Positions 1-11,953 of a stretch of DNA of 64,000 bases are shown here, in pieces (positions within the stretch are counted from its first letter, which is position 1; each line of letters begins with the position of its first letter). The stretch comes from Macrostomum lignano (lineage: Eukaryota). The DNA is taken from positions 124,001 to 188,000 of the forward strand of contig NIVC01000851.1 of assembly GCA_002269645.1 (NCBI GenBank), in the 5' to 3' direction. Both the position numbers and the translations under genes were made by a program. The notes below the pieces were generated by a model. The model saw nothing but the letters and a program-made list of their open reading frames with translations. It had not been told where the DNA came from and did no database searches.

Positions 1-19
1 AAACAGGACGTGTGTGTCT

Positions 20-290
20 GAGATAGCTGAATCTCACCTATGAGATAGCTGAATCTCACCTATGAGATAGCTGAATCTCAAATATGGGACAGCTTAATCT
101 CACCTATGAGATAGCTGAATCTCACCTATGAGATAGCTGAATCTCACCTATGAGATAGCTGAATCTCAAATATGGGATAGCTGAATCTCACTTATGAGAT
201 AGCTGAATCTCACCTATGAGATAGCTGAATCTCAAATATGGGATAGCTGAATCTCACTTATGAGATAGCTGAATCTCACCTATGAGATAC
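20..290. repeat. 22-bp minisatellite (GAGATAGCTGAATCTCACCTAT), ~12 copies
   Basis: Unit directly visible; it contains the small inverted repeat GAGAT...ATCTC. Confidence 0.95.
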
Positions 291-744
291 ATTAAAATCT
301 AGATTTTTATACTCAGTTTGAAGTAAAAAATAAAACAACAACAGGGATATGTGAGCCAGATAAAAAGATGCATATGTACATAATTAATTGAATATTGATT
401 ACTAACTTAAAAATTACTCTGATTTCCTAAAACCGTATCAGTGTAAAATTAGCAAAACTAATTTGCTAGATACTCCTTTAATGAAAATAGATCCGAAACA
501 CCAAAAAATTCTTTACACTGCTGTTCGAACGGCAAAAAAAACTTTGCGGGGAAACAAAAAGAGAAGGCACAAATAGAGCAATTGATACTACTTGTTTAGT
601 AGCAACATGCAAAAGTTCACAGCTATAAGGACACAAATACAGACAGCAGATGGCACAGCACAGGACTAACAAAAGCAAAAGTCAAAATAAAAGAAGTTAG
701 AAATGATAAGAAACAGCACAGGCCCGCTGCAATGGTAGCACTGA

Positions 745-1403
745 CTATAAAGCTTGCAGCCTCCGCAGCAATTCATCTATGAAGCGGCGCACCTGCGACT
801 GGGGCGCCTTGGCCAACTGCAGTTTTTCCTGGAAACGAGGAAGACATTAAAAAAATGCAAAGTAACAATTCGCAGTTTTAAAACAAGCGCAAATTTTTCT
901 ACTTTGCAAACGCGTTTAATCTACTAACAGTAGCTGATAAGTATATTTTATCTAAGCAAGCGACCTACACGAAGACACGCGTCCCGTTCCTGGTCTGTGT
1001 CAAGGTCGAGCAGCTCGTCCAAATCGATGTCGCAGTCGTGATCATCTTCATCGTTCTGCGGGGAAACATCAACCACTGTATTTCATTACTTATTACTTTA
1101 ATTAGTTAACACTATGGGTTGAGACCTTGTCGAGATTAGAGTAAAAACAATACATCAGAAGATCTAGAACTGCGGGTGAGGATTAATCAGTGTGAGGATT
1201 ATGAACTTATTAAGACAAACACTTATAAAATTAACTCTACTTACCTGACAATTGAATAAAACCCGCAACTCATCATATACAAAGTCTTCAACTGCTAATC
1301 GTTGCTTTATAAGTGACATTGTCTGCTTGTCATATTTGGCAGTCAGAAATTTTGACTTTTTGTCTTGATAGGCATCCGATTTCTTGAAATTCACCGATGA
1401 CAT
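745..1403 (-). CDS. PPP1R14: PKC-potentiated PP1 inhibitor (CPI-17/PHI-1, PPP1R14 family), 3 exons, 109 aa
   Basis: Exons 1403-1245, 1055-969 and 828-745, all GT-AG and in phase. Protein reads ...KFLTAKYDK..QRLAVEDFVYDELRVLF...DIDLDELLDLDTDQERD...FIDELLRRL*, matching CPI-17 motifs (RVTVKYD, RLDVEKWI, INIDELLELESEEER, FIQELL). Confidence 0.85.
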
Positions 1404-2948
1404 TCTTCAGCTTGATGCTAAAGTGCTAAAATTAAATGAAATAAATTGACAATAAATATATGCTCAAAGTGGCTCTATTTATGCCTTTAATTTTCACATT
1501 TAAAGAAGGAAAACATAGTCATATAGAGAAAATAATCTAACAAGTCAAAATATAAATTTATGAGTGGCATTTTCAAATTGAAAAATTAGAGTTCCACTGT
1601 AGCTACAGATATAGCTATAGAATTATGGATATGGAGGTTTTTAAACAGAATATACAAACATATATATGGTTATAAGAACACATAGGCCTATTTCCTATAT
1701 CTAGGCTACTCAATAACTTGGAAGACTTGAGACTTGAAATACCAAGGAACCATTGATTTGATGGCTAGGGGTAGAGCAATAGAATTTTCTTAGAAATGAA
1801 TGACTGCTACCAATTTCAAAGCTTTTGTGAAACAAGCTTTTTAAGTCTCTAGGGTTGGTAACTCAAGCAATAGAGATTTTTGATGCCATATGCATGTTGA
1901 AGTTGGGATAGTGGGGGCTTAAGTTCAGATTAATTTTCCACTTCAAATGGTACAGGAGCTCTTAAGTCCTTGGGATTGATCTGCGTAGTCAAGCAGCAGA
2001 GTTTTTGATGCCACTGACAAAGAGAGGAGAGAAGGAAAGAGAGGTCAAAGATAAGAAGGAGAGAAAAGAGGGGAAAGCAGAGAGAAAAGGAGAAAGGAAA
2101 AAGAAAAAGAATAAAGAGAAAAAAGAAAAGCAAAGGAGAGGAAAAAAATAAGTTCCGCCATATAGCTATGGATATAGATATAAGGAGTTATGGACACATT
2201 GATTTTGGCCTCCAAGTTACAGATATGGATATGCTTATAAGAATAGGAATTTCCCTGATTTTTCCCATATTCTATAGAACCTAATTTTTGTAATTAGGAC
2301 AAAAATTTTGGTACATGTATATGCATCATAGATAATAACTATTGGTGCATATAAAGATATTTATTGTTTCCAATTACATGTTACAGTAAGGGGAATCAGA
2401 GTTTAACAAATGTTGACAAGCTATTGATACTTGGACACTGAAAGATAGTCTCTTAGTATAAGAAACTAAAAGATCTCTAAGAATCTTGCATAGCACAATA
2501 GTAAATGCAACAACTTATCTGCAAGTAAATAGAAATAGTTTTGGGCCAAGTTGCAGAGTGCCCTACAGGATTTTTTGCAATTATAGATATAGATATAGAC
2601 ATAGATAAGGCTACAGGAACTTTTTTATATAGATATGGATACAGATATAGGAAATTTTTAGATGTGGCAGAAATCTAAAAAGAAAAAAAGAGATGAGAAA
2701 AAATGAAAAAAATGCAATTTAGTTATTATTTAATAGGCATTGAGTGACCAGAAGTCTGAATGCCCTATCTATTTCTCCACAAGTGTTGCTAGTTAATTGC
2801 ACTTTGAAACTATAGCAAGAAAATTGTAAGAGGTAAAATAAAATAACTAGCTATGGATATATAGATAATATATTAAGATGATAAATAGCTAAAAAAAAGA
2901 CAACCTAGGGCCTAGACTAGGTAGGTATGATTGTATAAGGCATATTAT

Positions 2949-3348
2949 TAGAGGTTGGATAGGATCCTGGTCCCAAAATCCTGGGATCCCGAGGAAAATT
3001 GTATTCCTACAGGACGAGGATCCTGACCTTAAAAAACATAAGAATTGGGAACAGGTCTTTTGATCAAAAGTTTATAGAATTAGTGATTACTTAAATATAT
3101 TTTGTTTTAACTTGTATTCATTAATTATTACTTTGTTTGTTGCAAGACTTTGCATCAATTTTGTTGTGTTTTGATCTTGATCTTTTGATCTTGACATTTT
3201 TAGCTAAATTTTGTTTAACTTTATATGGACCTACAAACTACAATACACTAAAAGACCTGATCCCAATTCCCAATCCTGATCCTGATCCCAAGAAAAAAAT
3301 ATTCCCAATCCCAATCCTGCCGAAGCTGTTAATCCCATCCGACCTTTA
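2949..3348. mobile_element. hAT-type MITE
   Basis: TIRs TAGAGGTTGGATAGGAT / AATCCCATCCGACCTTTA; perfect 8-bp TSD CATATTAT (2941-2948, 3349-3356); subterminal GATCC/ATCCC repeats. Confidence 0.8.
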
Positions 3349-3980
3349 CATATTATCTATATTAACTTTTATATTAGAAATATTCTTTAACTCCCAATTA
3401 TAACTAAGGCAAATAGTAAAATTTGTCAAAAAGCTTTTAAAATATTCTAGACAAGTACGCACGCGAAGGTGTATTCAGCATGCCAGTGAAGTATGAGACA
3501 GACTAGGCCCATGGGCTAAGGTCTGCGATGCTTCACGCCTGCCCCTATCTTCAGCAGGTCAAGGCTGGTGGGAGGTCTGCACCCTCTATTTGCCTCTGGC
3601 AGCCGCAGACCCCCCCCCCCCCACGCTGTCTCGCAAGTCGACCCAGGGTACTCGTCCCCGCATGTGTTCAAGGCAGTCCCTAGGGCTGCTGGACAGACTG
3701 GGCTCCGGCGCTGGCGACCCTATCCAGTGGCTTCGGCCAAATTTGGGTATGCGGGTCTGGCTCGCCAACCTGCAGGCTGTGGTACTGCTCAACGTACTCT
3801 CTAATGCCTAAGGTGTTGACCGTGCCGATGGGCTGGAAGGCCGGGGAGTAGTCCAGTCGCAAGCGGTCCCCCTCCTGGTGTCGGGCCAGCCTTGAGGGTG
3901 CTATTGGCCTACTGCCCGGTCAGGTGGAGCGGCCGGGTGGGTACCGCGCCCCTTTGAGGGTAGCCCACCAACCTTTTATC

Positions 3981-5486
3981 ATGGCCTTCGAGCCGTCTAT
4001 GGATAATCAAGCTAACTCTAGGGACGGGGACCCTTCTAAACCCCAACCTCAGTCCGAAGGACCGGCCGGCCCTGCTGGCAGATCCCAACCGACTGATTCA
4101 ACTGTGGCAAAGGAAGGACCGGCTGGCTCTACTGGCAGATCCGACCAGAGCTACCAAACTCAAAATACCCAAAGACCTGCCAGCTCCGCTGGTGGATCTA
4201 AGGGAACCACGAGCTCTGAGCCTAAAGGACCGGCCAAATCTGGCAGATCCGATGAAGCTCAGCGGGCTCGGCTTGAGCGCAAACGCGCTAAACAACGCGC
4301 CAAAAGGCAGGCCAAGAAGGGAGCTGCGGGGGCCAAAGCGGCGGCGTCCACCATGGATGCTGAAGCAACTGGAGTCCCAAGGCAACCAGGCGGGCCGGCC
4401 GGTGGAAGCTCCAGTAGTTCAGCGGCGGCGCTCCCTGGAGCTGCTGCCGCGGCTGCTGAGGCCGAAACCACGGCGCAACAAATGGCCACTGCCAACAAGG
4501 AGGTTCCTTCGGGAGCTACCTTTGCGGCGAAGGCCAAGGCCAAAATCCCGGGAGTGATCATCCAAGGTCGCGACCAGGACTGGACCACTGATCAGCTTCA
4601 AAAAGTGTGGAGTGCTGTTGACTCCTATCTGATTGAGCTGACTGTCGAGGAGGGAATCTCCATCGGCATTGAGCGGATGGTGCTGCGAAGCACATTCGTT
4701 CTTATTGCTCCTAGCAGCGAGGAGGACGCTCGGCGGCTGCTCCAGCGGCTACCGACGGTCTCCTTGGATGCTGACCTTGGCGGAGCTCTTTTTCTTCGCG
4801 AGGGCCAGCGTCCAAAGACGATACCCTATGTGGTTTTCGTCCCTGCTAAGAGCACGGCAGCTGGACCAGACGTTATTTGCCGGGTCCTACTGCGTCTGAA
4901 CCCCGACCTCCCTGCTAGTGGACTGGTGTATCACCGTAAAGTCCGCAGGGGGGAGACGGGCAACTCAATTGTCCTCGGCCTTTCCAGCACTTGGGCAAGT
5001 CGGTACCCTAATGGATCCTCTTTCCAGCTGGGTGCCCTCAAGCTCAAGATGCGCCGAGGAAAGTCTGCCAAAGGGAAGGCTACTGCCAACCCCGGCATCT
5101 CCGGCAAGAGCAGGGCGCAGTCTAAGGCCCAAGGAAAGGCGCAAGCCAATCCCAAAGCCAAAGCTGCATCTTGCCCCTCTGCTAGCAGCAGTTTGGCGAC
5201 CGCGGTAACGGCTCCGGCCAAGCCCCGGGAACCAAACCTGCCAGTCGGAGAAGGAGTTGAGGACGAGGCCGGGTCTTCGGAATCCGAGCTCTCCTCGGCC
5301 ACCTTGGTGGGGTCTGAAGGTAAAGATGCAGGTGAGGAAGCTTCCTCCATCCTGTCATTGGAGCCTGAGGACTCTGCTGGGGGGGCTGGTGGGGGTGAGG
5401 AGGCCATGGACGTCGACCAACTCCCATCTCCCAGTCAAGCCCCAGCGGCCTGGGACGAGGACGATCTATTGTCCAAGTCTCCTTGA
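3981..5486 (+). CDS. LINE ORF1 protein (basic N-region, DUF4780-like domain, acidic tail, no CCHC knuckles)
   Basis: Open frame from ATG 3981 immediately upstream of ORF2. The segment IPYVVFVP...VICRVLLRLNPDLP...SIVLGL resembles the DUF4780 domain of Loa-type ORF1s (recalled, not searched). Confidence 0.75.
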   Translation: MAFEPSMDNQANSRDGDPSKPQPQSEGPAGPAGRSQPTDSTVAKEGPAGSTGRSDQSYQTQNTQRPASSAGGSKGTTSSEPKGPAKSGRSDEAQRARLERKRAKQRAKRQAKKGAAGAKAAASTMDAEATGVPRQPGGPAGGSSSSSAAALPGAAAAAAEAETTAQQMATANKEVPSGATFAAKAKAKIPGVIIQGRDQDWTTDQLQKVWSAVDSYLIELTVEEGISIGIERMVLRSTFVLIAPSSEEDARRLLQRLPTVSLDADLGGALFLREGQRPKTIPYVVFVPAKSTAAGPDVICRVLLRLNPDLPASGLVYHRKVRRGETGNSIVLGLSSTWASRYPNGSSFQLGALKLKMRRGKSAKGKATANPGISGKSRAQSKAQGKAQANPKAKAASCPSASSSLATAVTAPAKPREPNLPVGEGVEDEAGSSESELSSATLVGSEGKDAGEEASSILSLEPEDSAGGAGGGEEAMDVDQLPSPSQAPAAWDEDDLLSKSP

Positions 5487-5525
5487 TGGCCCTGGGCTCT
5501 AGCCAGAAATTGCATTTAATACAGT

Positions 5526-8500
5526 ATGACTAAGCTCCACGCTGCCAAAGGAGCGACATTCTGTCTGCAAATTAATTTACAGCATTGCGTATCTGCGTCA
5601 GTAAATCTGATGAAGATTGCTAAGCTGTACAGGCCAGGCCTCATCCTGATCCAGGAACCCTGGATGCGCAACGGTAAGTTGCCCAACATTCCCTCTGGCT
5701 ACTCTGATTTTTATGTGTGTGGCCCGGGGAACAGCCGCCCTAGAGCGGCTATCCTCGCTGCTAGCCATCTCCAGGCTTGGCTGAGGACTGATCTCTCTGA
5801 TGGAGACCTTTGCGTCATCCAATCTAATCATTTCTCTCCGCGTACGTGTCTTGTTGCCTCGGTTTATATCCCAGGCGACAGAGACCCTGCTCCTGAGAGT
5901 TTACTGCGCCTCGCGCAGTACTGCGAGTCCCAGAACACTGAGCTGTGCTTAGGGGGTGACCTCAACGCGCACCACAAGCACTGGGGCAGCAAAGATACCA
6001 ACACTAGAGGAGAGGAGCTTCTGGCCCTCATCTCTAACACAAACCTCATGCTCTGCAACCGCGGCAGCACTCCTACCTTTAATAATGGCAGATGGACCGA
6101 GGTCCTTGACGCCACACTCGTTACCCCAAGACTCTTTGACAGAGTTGAGGAGTGGAGAGTCTGGTCTGAGGAGCCCTCCCTGTCTGACCACTGCTTTATC
6201 GCCTTTAACATCGCGGACACTAAAACCCAGTCTCCGATCACTTGGAGACGCAATATCCGCAACACTGATTGGGCGGCCTACAAGGCTGCCCTTGATCTGC
6301 ACCTGCAGGAACTCACGGACTTACGTCCGATTAAGACCTGCGAGGATGTGGATCATATGGCTGAGACGCTGACAGGTTGCATTATTGAAGCCTACGAAGC
6401 GGCTTGTCCTGCTCGCGCCTACAAAGGCAAGACCTCGGTGCCGTGGTGGAACCCGGAGCTGGGGAAACTCCGTGCCGTCATCGCCGTGCCATGAAGACCG
6501 GAAACCCGGAGGACATGGAGCTTTTCCGGCAAGCCTCCCGCAATTTCAAATCTGAAGTGCGCAAGGCCAAGGAATGTAAGTGGCGCCAATTCTGCAATGA
6601 ATTGGATCAAGACAGACCTACTTCTAGGCTTGTCAAGGCCCTTACAATGGACAAAATGTCCAAATTAGCCATGATCAAAAAAGATGATGGCTCTCTTACT
6701 AAAGACCCTGAAGAAGTGCTTCAGCATATGCTTAGCACATTCTTCCCGAGGGTACCTACTGCTAGACCGGAGCCCAACCATTCGATGGATGGAGCCACCC
6801 TAGCGGCGGGCATTGTCACTGAAGACCTAATCGCTCATGCGGTCAGAACCTTCAAACCCTTCAAATCTCCTGGACCTGATGGTATCTACCCTGTTCTCCT
6901 TCGTGAAGCAGTCAAGATACCCTCGTTCCTGAGACTCACCCGCAATCTCATGCGGGCCTCTATCCAGCTGGGATACGTTCCCAAATGCTGGACTGAAGCT
7001 CGGGTAGTCTTTATTCCCAAACCTGGGAAGGGTGACTACCAAAGCGTCAAGGCCTTCCGGCCTATTAGCTTAACGTCAGCAATGCTTAAGCTCACTGAGA
7101 GGCTTATTCTCTGGCGGCTGCTGTCCTGCGAGCTGACAGCGATGCCCCTCAGCAATAATCAGCACGCCTTCCGCACCGGGAGGTCGACTGACAGCGCCTT
7201 GCATGCGATTGTTGAGAAGATTGAAAGGGCGGTACTGGGTGACGGTTACGCTCTGGCTCTCTTTCTTGACATTGTTGGCGCCTTCGACAACGTTATCTTT
7301 GAAGCGTTTCAGAGGGCCCTTCAAAATCGCAAAGCTCATGCTACCCTCATATGGTGGATCATGTACATGATCTCCAACCGTACGGTCACTGCCCAACTTC
7401 TTGGGCAAACTGCCTCCACCAGAGTCTGTAAGGGTGGACCCCAAGGCGGAGTCCTCACCCCGACGCTCTGGAACCTGGTCATGGACGCTCTTTTGAGTGA
7501 CTCCCGACCCGACCCCGTCTTCAAAGTCGGGTATGCTGATGACGTCACGGCCATTGTGGCAGGACCGTCTCCCAGCACGCTCAGGGATCTGATGCAGAGC
7601 TTTATCCGCAAAGCAGAATCCTGGGCCAATGACAATGGTCTGGAACTCTCTGAGCCCAAAACCGTTGCCATTATGTTTACCAGCAGACTACGCTGGAACA
7701 TACATCCTCTGCAGCTCTACGGCAGAGATATTGCCTTCGCGTACCAGACCAGATGTCTCGGGGTCACACTTGACCACTGGCTCAACTGGTCCTTCCACGT
7801 GAAAGCAAAAGCCAAGCGTGCCTCAGCCATCCTGGCCCAGCTCCAACGAGCACTTGGCACTTCTTGGGGTCTATCCCCTAAGCGGCTTTGGTGGATCTAT
7901 ACTTCCGTAGTTAGACCTGCCATTACGTATGCCTCTGTTGTCTGGGTTAGCGCTACCCAGGTCAAAAGCCATGCAGACCTGCTCAACACGATCCAAGGCA
8001 GAGCGTGTAGGCTCATCTGCAACGCCACCAGGTCCACGCCCTTTGCTGGCATGGGGGCCTTCCTTAATCTTCCGCCTCTTGACCTCTTCATCAGGGGTGA
8101 GGCGGCTAGAACGACGCGGCGTCTAATTGATGCCGGCGTCAAATTCATTTACATGAGAGCACCTGCTAAGCGGAACCTTGTCCCGCATAGCGATCTGTGC
8201 CTCAACGTTCTCAACGAGTGTCAGGCCAATCGCGTCTTCACCGATGGCATTGCCTCAACGCTCAACCTGAGACAGCGCTACTCCGTAGCTATCGACTCGC
8301 GCGATAACATCAATGACCATTGGAACCCTGGTGAGCTTCATTGCTACACCGACGGTTCTAAGCAGTCAGCCAACACCGGTTTTGGTGTTGGAATCTTTCT
8401 GAATGGGAGGGTCATCGCTACCCACGCTCAATACACTGGGGTCAACTCCAGTGTTTTCTAAAATGAAGTTCTGGCCATCAGCTCCTGCACTGCAGAGCTT

Positions 8501-9253
8501 CTCGCCACTGGTGTTACTGATAAGAACATCATTTTCCATTCGGACAGCCAAGCTGCCTTGCACGCCATCAGTGGCTGCAGCACCAACTCTGCTACAGTCC
8601 TTGACTGTATCAAACTCCTCAATGTGTTGGGTTCCGCCAACAAAATTACCCTTAAGTGGGTTCCGGGGCATGTGGGGATCCGAGGAAATGAGTTGGCTGA
8701 CACCCTTGCAAAAGTTGGTGCCTCTGGCTCCTCTCTCGGCCCCGAACCTCTTGTCCCGATTCCTGGCTGTGTCATCGACTCACGCATCAAAGCGTGGATC
8801 AGGACTCAGCACCGCTCGACTTGGGCGAACCGCACGAACTGTAGGCAATCCAGAGGCGCTGTCCCTCAGCCCTCTCACCAGCTCCGGAAGCTCCTCTTGC
8901 ACCTCTCGCGCAGAGACATCCGGGCTGCCACCATGACCCTCTCTGGTCACGGCTGCTTCTCCAGGCACCAGTACCTGCAGGGCAACGCCACCAACGCCAC
9001 CTGTAGTTTCTGCAACTCAGGTGATGAAACCGCTGAGCATTTTGTCAGCATCTGTCCCGCCTTCACGCGGGCTAGACTCACTTACCTCGGGCCACACACA
9101 TCTATTACTGAAGCGTGCAAACCCGAAAACTTTAATCAGCTCATGCGCTACCTTCGGGCCACCCGCAGGGCTGAACTCTCCTTTCCAGAGAGCACCATAG
9201 CTGCTGGCGACACTGGGGGACCTCCCTGGGCGGCGCCAACCCTCCGTCCATAG
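5526..9253 (+). pseudogene. LINE ORF2 (APE endonuclease, RT, RNase H, C-terminal Cys/His motif) broken by one frameshift and one nonsense codon
   Basis: APE motifs IQEP, GDLNAHH, LDATL, SDH; RT motifs PGPDG, FRPISL, QGGVLTP, YADD; RNase H motifs YTDGS, E, SDSQ, WVPGHVGIRGNELAD; CSFC..ETAEHFVSIC. Frameshift near 6475-6490 after PWWNPEL; in-frame TAA at 8459-8461 (SVF*NEVLAI). Confidence 0.92.
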
Positions 9254-9420
9254 CAACGCGTCGGCCGTTCAAGGACTAGCGGAATGGGCGCCCGCGCCTT
9301 CCTGCTGTGTCCCCTCCGGGACAGCCCTGCAGCTAAGTCAAGTAAGTCAAAGTCTAGACAAGATATAAATATTCCTCCAAAAATCTATTTCTTGCTTTCT
9401 GTCTTATTAACTTGATATTA

Positions 9421-10020
9421 TTAAAAAGGAAGTGTTTATCCTCACAGTCCTATGCCAATAATTCCAATTTTATTGACATGGATCCATGTCGATAATTTCC
9501 AGCTTATCCCCACAACAGCTTATTGAAATAGCTGCCACTATTCAAGTCCATAGGATATGTCAATAATTTGTATTTTATCCACATGGATCCATGTTGATAA
9601 TTTCCAGCTTATCCCTAGGGCAGCTTATTGAAATAGAGAATCTTAAAATGAATCTGTTCAAAAACCGTCTATTTCTTTCACTGTTTTACAAATCTTCCAT
9701 ATAAACTACTGAATACTAAATAGTATCTAGTATTTTGTTAAAACTTTTTCATCCTTAAAAGGGTTAATTTAATATTTGCTTAGCTGCCGGCTTCACTTAG
9801 AATGACCGAACAACCCTAATATTGAGGCAAATAAGATTTGCAAAATTCAAAATGTAATATATTTGAATTTGAATAATAATATTAATAATAATAATATCAA
9901 TTTAACATCAGTACACAAAACTAAACACAAACAACTGCACAATCTTAGCCATGGGGATAAGCTGAAAATTATTGACATGGATCCATATGAATAAAATTGG
10001 AATTATTGACATAGCCTATA
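9421..10020. mobile_element. Non-autonomous TIR element, copy 1 (~0.6 kb)
   Basis: Ends carry inverted GCTTATCCC/ATGGATCCAT-containing blocks. The body is the reverse complement of the copy at 12180-13730. No TSD found. Confidence 0.55.
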
Positions 10021-10324
10021 GACTTAAATGTTAGCAGCTATTTCTATGCATTGGATATGGCCTAGATTATGAATATCAAAGCTCCTTTCGTCCGTACATA
10101 CATCGTGGTTGTCTACATCTGTAGTCTGTTCTGTAGTATGTAGCTAGGCCTATAGCTTTAGCCAGTTAGCCTTTAGGTAGCAGGTAGGTACAGTCATAGG
10201 AGTAGGGCCTATTACTATTAGTAGGGGCCTACAATAGCTGTTGCATTTAGCTTTAAGGTCTTATTTATTAAATATTATTGTTATTCCATGGTATAGTTGT
10301 AGACCTAGTACATGATATTATGGC

Positions 10325-11953
10325 ATGTGAGGGTTTCACGACAGATATTCAGACAGACATTCAAAACGATCGTCTGTAACTTTAAACAAAATTGACCCGC
10401 TTCAACCATCTTTTTGGCAAATATTTACGCAAGTGTTGGGCGTCGAATAAGCTTTAATTTATTAACTGAAGTAAAAATCCTTCTGACATACATTGATTTA
10501 AAAATTGCTTAGCAACACTCTGATTAGACATTGCTTTACCATTGACTGAAATTGTTTTGATCGTAGCAGCCTAAAAGCAGATACTGGATTAAAAAATGCT
10601 TTGATTTACTCTTTACGCATGTCTCAGCTTTAAAATGACATGTCAGGCGTCGCAAAAGACAGCTTTGATGCTGAGATATTCGACACTAAATCTCAACATT
10701 TGAAACCGTCCTTGAACTATTTCAGAGTTAAGTGAGCTAATGGTATCAAATGGAAGGCTAGTGCTCGTACTCGTAAGCAAAGCAGGTTCACAATTGAAAT
10801 GGTTGTATTCATGGCCATGGGATCTAAACTGATCTGTTTCACTGTCACTTGCTTCGGTCTCAGAAGGAGCAGCAGTTGATGGACTGAGGTGAGAAGAAGA
10901 TGCGTCACGACTTGAGCTGTTTTTAGAAAACATCTTTATCCAATTAAATATTTTCATGCGGTTCCTTAGGTTGTTCCGTATTCCAAGTCTAGAAGTCAAG
11001 ACAGAAATAAAGTTGAGAACTGCTACAATAGTCCGTAGGGATTGGAAAGCTTAGCAGTACATTAGAAATCGCCTGTTCAATCTAAAAAGTATGAAGTACA
11101 TAGCTATTGGGTTGCAACAAGAGTCAAAAAAATTCTTCCTTTTTATTCCCACCACTTACCTCATTCCAATTTGGATAGCAGAAGCCAAGCAAAAAAAGTA
11201 AAAACATAACAAATAAACTATTTGCTTCATATTAATTGCCATTGACTGTTAATAAAAGCGACATCAATTTCTCTCAATAACAGTTGGAACATGTTTCTCG
11301 TACGCTCGTATACATATTTGAACTGCAAAGCAGTAAAAAAGTCATGATTGGTCTCCATATGTATGAATGTACTCTCACTGACTCACTGACTCAGGTAGAA
11401 TCTATGCAAGATAAAGGCAGGAATCTTTAAAAATCAAAAACTGAAGACAGTTTAAGAGAAGTCCAGGTTTAAACTGGACATGACTAGAATTTGACGAGAT
11501 TCTGATGAAAAACAAGGACATGGCAGCTGCACAAATATCGATAAAAAATCAGTGAAATTTCTGAATATGAGTTCGCGCAAAGCAATGTTTAGTGTTGAAT
11601 ATCTCAGCATCAAAGCTGTCTTTTGCGACGCCTGACGTGTCATTTTAAAGCTGAGACATGCGTAAAGAGTAAATCAAAGCATTTTTTAATCCAGTATCTG
11701 CTTTTAGGCTGCTACGATCAAAACAATTTCAGTCAATGGTAAAGCAATGTCTAATCAGAGTGTTGCTAAGCAATTTTTAAATCAATGTCTGTCAGAAGGT
11801 TTTTTACTTCAGTTAATAAATTAAAGCTTATTCGACGCCCAACACTTGCGTAAATATTTGCCAAAAAGATGATTGAAGCGGGTCAATTTTGTTTAAAGTT
11901 ACAGACAATCGTTTTGAATGTTTGTCTGAATATCTGTGGTGAAACCCTCACAT
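10325..11953. mobile_element. Long-TIR non-autonomous DNA transposon (MULE-like)
   Basis: ~365-bp near-perfect TIRs (10325-10690 vs 11588-11953) starting ATGTGAGGGTTTCAC; perfect 9-bp TSD TATTATGGC (10316-10324, 11954-11962). Confidence 0.85.

Larger units (their letters stand above)
3456..9352 (+). mobile_element. Full-length non-LTR retrotransposon, Loa/Lian-like (ORF1 + APE-RT-RNase H-Cys/His ORF2)
   Basis: 10-bp TSD TCTAGACAAG (3446-3455, 9353-9362); 3' tail of AAGTC/AAGT repeats; two-ORF layout with RNase H. Confidence 0.93.

Noticed and set aside
8459-8461. Programmed readthrough before the RNase H core
   Set aside because: The position corresponds to a conserved Gln, so a single C>T change explains it, and the copy also has a frameshift.
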